Source: the human T2T-CHM13v2.0 reference genome, Homo sapiens
Strand: one strand, 5' to 3'
DNA: 64,000 bases
Assembly (NCBI RefSeq): GCF_009914755.1
Contig: NC_060925.1
Part shown: positions 58,103 to 64,000 of the stretch, in pieces
How positions within the stretch are numbered: position 1 is the first letter of the stretch
Layout: each line of letters opens with the position of its first letter
Made by a program: the position numbers and the translations under genes
The notes under the pieces: model-generated
Databases searched by the model: none
The model's input: the letters and a program-made list of their open reading frames with translations, nothing else
Told to the model about the DNA's origin: nothing

Positions 58103-60672
58103 CCTCCTTCCCATGGTACAGAAGGGGGGTGACATACAGGCATCTTAGCTCCCAGGTGTGGTCCTGCCGAAATTTAGACTATCAGGACAAACCCAAGGCA
58201 GAGGAGGAGGACGAAGGACATGTGATGTTTGACATACTCTTTGCAGGGCTTTGTGCTTGGCACTTCACATATGGGATCTTGATGTAAGTGCAGCCATTCC
58301 CATTTCCCAGATGAGGAAACTGAGACTTAGAAAAGGGAAGTTACTTGCCCCAAGCTCATTTTTTCCCTGCCCCGCGGTGCTATGCAAGGAGCAAACCCAG
58401 ACTCTAGTTTGAGTTCCAGGGAAGTAAGTTACTCACTTCCCTTCTCTCAGCCTCACTTTCCCCATCCAGAAAATGGGAATAATACTTTCTGCTTCTCAGG
58501 TGGTTGTGATTTCTTTTCACATCCCTTCACTCAACAGATATTTACAGAAGGTCTCCTCTGTGTCAGCCTCTGCTCTAGGCCCCAGAGACACAGCAGTGAA
58601 CGAGATGTGCCCAGTTCTTGCTCCTAGGAGTCTGATTCTTTTGGGTAATGCCTGTCAGGTGCTCCACAGGGGCCAGCACTTAGTGAGTGCTTGGGGAACC
58701 TTATGGGGATAAGAATATAGGATTGAATGGGATGGTGTGCAGAATGGGCTTGGCCTGTAAGAGGAGCTCACTTTGGCATTCATTTCTTAATCACTATGCC
58801 AGTGATTCTCTACCCTGCCAGTGGTGGTACAGCCTCCTGGACAAGGAAGGTACAAGGTCCTTTGGGCCTGGGCTCCATGTTCTTGGGCACCCAGCAGTCG
58901 CTGCTGTAAGCTGCCTCCCCAGAGCCAGCAGAACTCTCTGCCCAGGCCTGGTCTGTGGTCTGTGCAGGCCGCCGAAGGGGCCTTGGGTCTTCTTATAGGG
59001 GCTGCATTGCTGCACTGTCCCCCTCAGCTGAGCCTCCTCAGCTCAGCCCCACCCACTCCCTGTCACTGTCCCTGCAGGGGCCAGGCCTGAGCCTGTCCTG
59101 GAGGCGCTCCCAGCTGTCCTGATATCCCCTCTGGCTTCTGCAGACACTCCCCCTTTCTGCCCCTGGAGGCCTCCTCTGGTCACCAGCCCCTTCCCCTCCC
59201 CTCCAGAGGTGTCCCCAGACATCATCTCTGTGCTATTCTTTTTTCCTGGCAACGGTGGCATTAAATATCAGCCAGGCTCTGCTCAGTGCTGGCAGGGTGG
59301 GGGTTCTTGATAACCATGTGGTTTAGGGGAGGGTCTTCTCAAGCTCCTGCATGATGGGCTAGGAATGATTGGGTTGATTGTGGTCTGGCTCTGTTCCCAA
59401 CTCACTGCACTTCCTTGAGCAAACCTCTTCCTTCCCAGACCTGGGTTTCTCTGAGAGGCAGCCCTCTCTGCTTTCAGCCGGGGGTATGAGGACCAGGGCA
59501 CACAGGTCCTGAGCAAGTGGCAGCAGCCAATCCCAGGATGGCTGACTTTTTCCAGGTGGGCTCTGGGGATGCAGCGCAGCTATGCCCATCAAGCCTCAGA
59601 GAAGCGCGTCCTCCTGTCCTCACTTGCCCTGAGTGAGCCGGGAAAGCTGGCAGCAAGCACTGGGAAGCAGGCTCTGGCGGGCCCTGATGGCTCAGCGGTG
59701 GCAGCAGCAGTGGTGGCAGGGGCTATTCTGAGCGCTGGGAGGGGCTGGGGAGCTGAGACTGGAGGAGGGGAAGTGACAGGGAGGAGACAGTCTCTTGAGG
59801 GCGAGGGGAGTGCCACCTTAGCCCCGGGTGGGGGGTGTCTGCCGATGGCAGTGTGTGTTGGGAGAATTGTGTGGTGTGTGCTCCTCACTGGGAGTGGGCG
59901 AGTCAGCTGAGGTATTGAGGCATGCGCTGGGATTGTTTGAGTGTATGTGTACAAGTTTTGTGATCCAAGCACGAGTTGAGTGGGTAACGCGCACATCCAC
60001 CTGCCTGTGGGCAAGTGAGTGCGCGTGCACTGGAATGCGAGCATGTTCCAGTGTCCAGGGAGGTGTGAGTGAAGAATATGTGCCTGCATGTGGAAAAACG
60101 AGGAATGAAAGGGGAAGCAAGTGGGGGCTTGTTTGTGAACAGAAATGAATGTGGGCGTGGTAGGGAGGGTGGATGGGAGCTTGAGAGCCAGCCTGGGGGA
60201 GCGGGGAAGGGTGAGAGCTGGTGGTCAAGGGAACTGTAGGTAGAAACCATGGGTCTGTGTAATTGAGACACAAGCGTGAGGCACGTGGCGAGTGTGCTTG
60301 TGAGTGAGCCTACATGTGTGAGCGGCTGTGAGTGTGTGCATGGTAAGAGCAGGTGGGACTGTATGAGCTGGGCAAAGTAGGAAGGGAAGGTATGTACACA
60401 CAAAAGCAGCAATAAAAACAGCTAGCATTTATTGCGCGCTTATTCTGAGCCTGGTGCTCACATTCATAAATGTATTTAATTTTTCAAATATCCTGTGAAG
60501 GTAGTGCTATTATGGTAGTCATTTGTAGAGTAGGAAAGAGTGGCTTTGAGCAGTTATGTAACTTGCCCATGCTCTTAATCACTATGTTATACTGCCTCAA
60601 AATGAATGTGTGAGCAGGGGCCAAGTTGTGAGTGAGAAGAATGTGAGTGTGTGCCATTGGGTGTGAGTTTGA

Positions 60673-60673
<1 letters not shown>

Positions 60674-60702
<29 letters not shown>
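60674..60702. repeat. (TG)n microsatellite
   Basis: About 14 TG units, within a GT-rich region. Confidence 0.9.
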
Positions 60703-60704
<2 letters not shown>

Positions 60705-62032
60705 GAGCTGAGTGTACCAGACATGGGCCTCAGAGGAGAGTCCAGGCAGCAGCTGTGGACACCGGGCAGGGCAGGGGCCTGAGTCAGCCTCTAGTGCATC
60801 TCTGCCAACCTGGCTTCCCAGACCCATGTTGGCAGCCTGTGCCAGGGCCCCCAGCTAAGGATCCTCCCAGCAATGGTATGGCCCTCAGCAGGCCTCTGCC
60901 TCACAGCTCAGAGCTGGGCCAGGGCCGCAGACTGGCGGGAGGCTTGCTCGGTCTCCAGGGTCCCTTAGGGGAGCAGCTCCCAGTATGGACTCCCCAGGCA
61001 TGGAGGGCATACGAGTGATGTGGTGGTGGGGGGTGGATTCAGCAATGATTTCAGGCTCCTTGTGACTCTAAACAGAATCACCTGGAGGATGTGTGTATGT
61101 GTATGGATCGGAGGGGTCGTCAGCCAGCACTTCCCATGCCCACCCTTGCCTTGGGATATGACTCAGGCAAATGCCACGCCAGGCATCTGCAAGCAAGTCC
61201 TGCTCCCACCCTAGGGAATGAGGAGGGGCTCCTCCAGCCCCACCCCCACCCTCACCCTTGGCCCTGCTCCTCAGGTCCTAAACTGGAAGGAAGAAATTTT
61301 TGAGAAAGGAGGCCATCTCCCATGGCCTGGGCTCAGCCCTCCCACTGCCCAGAGACCTTCGCATCTCCAGCGTCCTCAGGAGCAAGGTACTGGCTGGTAA
61401 AGAAATCAGGAGCTTGAGATTCCAGTCCTGGCCATGCCACCAGGGGAATCACCTGCTCATTCTGGGCCTCAGTTTCCTGATTGGCAAAATAGGAATATTG
61501 TGCTAAAGGGGCACAAGGTGTTGCTGGCAGCTCAACAAGTGGTCTGGGCAAGCAGAGAACAGAAAGTGTTGGGAGTTGGGGCTAGAGAAGGTGTCAGGGC
61601 TAAGTTGACATTTGCACGGAGCTTTGAAGAGTGGGAGAATCTCTGATGAGGGCCTTGCGGCGGGGAAATGGTGTTCTAGGCAGAGGGGATAAATACCCTG
61701 AGCGAAGGCCAGCAGGTGCAGTGGTGACTGGGAAACCTAGCTCAGCAGCCTGTAGGATGAGGCCACGGACTGCCCAACCTCTCGGCTAGCCTCGCCCTTC
61801 TGAGCTCATGTGATGATCTGATTAGCATCTGACTCCTGACTAGTCTATGCAGTAGGGGACCTCATTTGTTTCAGTTGCTGCTCTCACTGTAGAGCCCTGG
61901 ACAGTGCCTGGTGCGTCAGAGGTGCTCAATAAATATCCAGGAACTGATTGAGAAGCATCTCCCCAAACACTGTGAACTTTAGACAAGTGCTTGTTCCAAC
62001 AACCGCAGTAAGAACCTCCCACAGACTCTAAA

Positions 62033-62203
62033 ACAATGGTTTGCAAGGTGTGGTCTCTCGTGCATCACCTGGGAGCTGGTTAGAAATGCAAAGTCTGGGG
62101 CCCCAACCCAGACCTGCCGAATCAGAAACTCTGGAGTTGGGGTCCAGCAATGTTAACAAGCTCTAGGGGATGATTCTGCTCTGCGTCAAACTTTGAGAAC
62201 TGG
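62033..62203. mobile_element. MER5A hAT-Charlie MITE
   Basis: gcatcacctgggagctggttagaaatgca...aatcagaaactctgg...tttgagaac. Confidence 0.85.
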
Positions 62204-63340
62204 AGCTCTAAAACTATGACCACAGGCACCATGAAGAACATGTTTGCGGATGGAGGAGCGAGAATTGTGGCAAAGCCTAGCCTAGAACCCAGGTATTCTT
62301 GACCCATTCTTTTTCCCCAGCTCAGTCCAGGGCACAAAGAAGAGCAGAGTTCGATCATCCTCCCTGTCAGAGTCCTGGAACGGAGACTTGGGAACGTCAG
62401 GAGTCTACAAACAGAGGGCGGGGCAGTCCTCTCCGGAGTAGAAGGCGGGGCCAGTGCCCTGAGCCCCGCCCCATCCCGTTGCCCCGGGAAACCCCGGGTT
62501 GTAACAATAACCGGTGACGCGCTTCTGGGAGGGATCCTGTCGAGCCCATGGGCAGGACAGTCCAGCCGCGGACCAATGGGAGTGTTAGGGCTCCGCCCCC
62601 TAGCCCCCCCGCCTCCGCGCCGAGCAGGGGGCGGGGTCGCGCCAGCCGCTCCGCCCCTGCTCCGTAGGCGGCGCTGTTGCTTGCAGGGGCTGCGGCGGGG
62701 TCGCCCCGAGCTGGGAGCTCAGCGCCCGGTCTCCCAGCCCGCGGGCGGGGCACCTGGGCTGGCTGAGGATTCCGCGGCCGCAGGCGAAACGCCCCGCCCC
62801 CTCCCGCGTCGGGCCCGCCCCCTCCCCGTCCCCCGCCCATCCCGAGGTGCAGCCGGCGCTGAGCGCGGCAGGCGCGGGAGCTGGCGCTGGAGCCGGAGCG
62901 GCGGCGGCGGCAGCATTCACCGGGCGGCGGCGGCGCGGGCTCCGGCACCGGCTCGGGCTCCGGCATGGTGCAATCCGGCCTCGTCCCGGGAGAGCAGGGC
63001 CCGTGCGCAGGGCCGGCGCCCGGGGAGCGGCGGCAGCGGCGGTGGCGGTGGTGGCTGCAGGCGCAGGCAGGCGGCAGGTGCTAGAAGCGGGGCTGGGCGA
63101 GGTGTGTGCCCGCTGGGCTCCCGGGCCGCCGCCCCCTCACTGCCCAGGTCTTTCCCTCCCTTCGTGCTCCCCAGCGCGTCCAGCCCCCTGCCTCCGCGCC
63201 TCGGCCCATGGCGCCCCGCGGCTGAGACAGCGCCGCCAGGGACCCCTCCCGCGGGCCTCCCCGGGGCGTGCAGATCCCGGAGCCGCCCGCCCACCCTCCG
63301 CGAAGCCTCCCTCCCCTCCTCGCCCGAGCCGGGCGGGACC

Positions 63341-63754
63341 ATGGCTGCGAAGCTGCGAGCGCATCAGGTGGACGTGGACCCGGACTTCGCGCCGCAGAGC
63401 CGGCCGCGCTCGTGTACCTGGCCCCTGCCGCAGCCTGACTTGGCCGGCGACGAGGACGGAGCGCTGGGCGCAGGGGTGGCCGAGGGCGCCGAGGACTGCG
63501 GGCCGGAGCGCCGGGCTACGGCCCCGGCGATGGCCCCAGCGCCGCCCCTGGGCGCGGAGGTCGGACCGCTGCGGAAAGCGAAGAGCTCTCGGCGGAACGC
63601 GTGGGGGAACCTGTCCTACGCCGACCTCATCACCAAAGCCATCGAGAGCGCCCCGGACAAGCGGCTCACGCTCTCGCAGATCTACGACTGGATGGTCCGT
63701 TACGTGCCCTACTTCAAGGATAAAGGCGACAGCAACAGCTCGGCCGGCTGGAAG
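63341..63754 (+). CDS. FOXO6: Forkhead box O6, first coding exon (138 codons, partial CDS)
   Basis: Manual translation from Kozak ACCATGG: MAAKLRAHQVDVDPDFAPQSRPRSCTWPLPQP...KSSRRNAWGNLSYADLITKAIESAPDKRLTLSQIYDWMVRYVPYFKDKGDSNSSAGWK. Contains the AKT motif RPRSCT and the N-terminal half of the FOXO forkhead domain, and ends at a phase-0 donor AAG/GTGGGG at the conserved FOXO intron position (after AGWK). Confidence 0.97.
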
Positions 63755-64000
63755 GTGGGGGCGTCCGGCTGGGGAGGGGGCTGGGGACGCCGACTGGGGC
63801 TTCCAGGGGCTGCTAGGTGTGTTGGGCTCCAGGAGGGCCGTCAGAAGGAGGGCTTTTTGGCACCCCCCGGGGTCACAGAGTGTGCGCCCAGGGCGTGGGG
63901 CCGGCCAGCGGACGGGCGGGGGCGTACTGGGAGCAGCTGTGTGCGTGCTCCCTTGCGGGGAGGGATGCGGGGTGGGAGGTCTGGTAGGGTGACAAGGGAC
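63755..64000 (+). other. FOXO6: FOXO6 intron 1 (5' part)
   Basis: GT donor at 63755; forkhead similarity ends abruptly; G-run-rich sequence follows. Confidence 0.9.

Larger units (their letters stand above)
62380..64000. promoter_or_regulatory. CpG island / FOXO6 promoter and 5' leader
   Basis: Very GC- and CpG-rich. GC boxes (e.g. GGGCGGGGC 62416-62424), CCAAT at 62573-62577, X-box-like GTTGCCCCGGGAAAC at 62478-62492, short (GCG)n runs. The TSS cannot be determined from sequence. Confidence 0.9.

Noticed and set aside
62397-63364. Minus-strand ORFs in the CpG island (189, 141, 106 aa etc.)
   Set aside because: Low-complexity translations of GC-rich DNA with no domain; an antisense gene cannot be supported from sequence alone.
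62847-63992. 381-aa + strand ORF overlapping FOXO6 exon 1
   Set aside because: Different frame from FOXO6, GTG start, Arg/Pro/Ala/Gly composition typical of CpG islands, and it runs through the splice donor. It is a shadow ORF.

Overview
This is human-type (primate) genomic DNA: about 62 kb of repeat-dense intergenic sequence, followed by the CpG-island promoter, 5' leader and first coding exon of FOXO6 (63341-63754, + strand; intron 1 runs off the window). FOXO6 is absent from the ORF track because its frame has no stop before base 64000. No other ORF in the track is supported as a gene; they are repeat-derived, low-complexity or GC-rich chance frames. The intergenic part holds about 20 Alus, L1/L2/L3/MIR fragments, MaLR and ERVL LTRs, hAT fossils, a near-full-length dead Hsmar1 mariner and a 65-bp VNTR. 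I see no convincing novel multi-gene system. The best leads are: uORFs and a long open in-frame leader at FOXO6; several repeat-free, motif-dense islands that look like FOXO6 enhancers (one with a compressed SOX-OCT motif); a head-to-head THE1/MSTA LTR quasi-palindrome with a DUX4 site; two old local duplications (one partly inverted); a templated Alu-in-Alu insert; and a non-canonical Hsmar1 insertion. Repeat subfamily names come from recall of consensus sequences, and boundaries are approximate unless a target-site duplication (TSD) is quoted.
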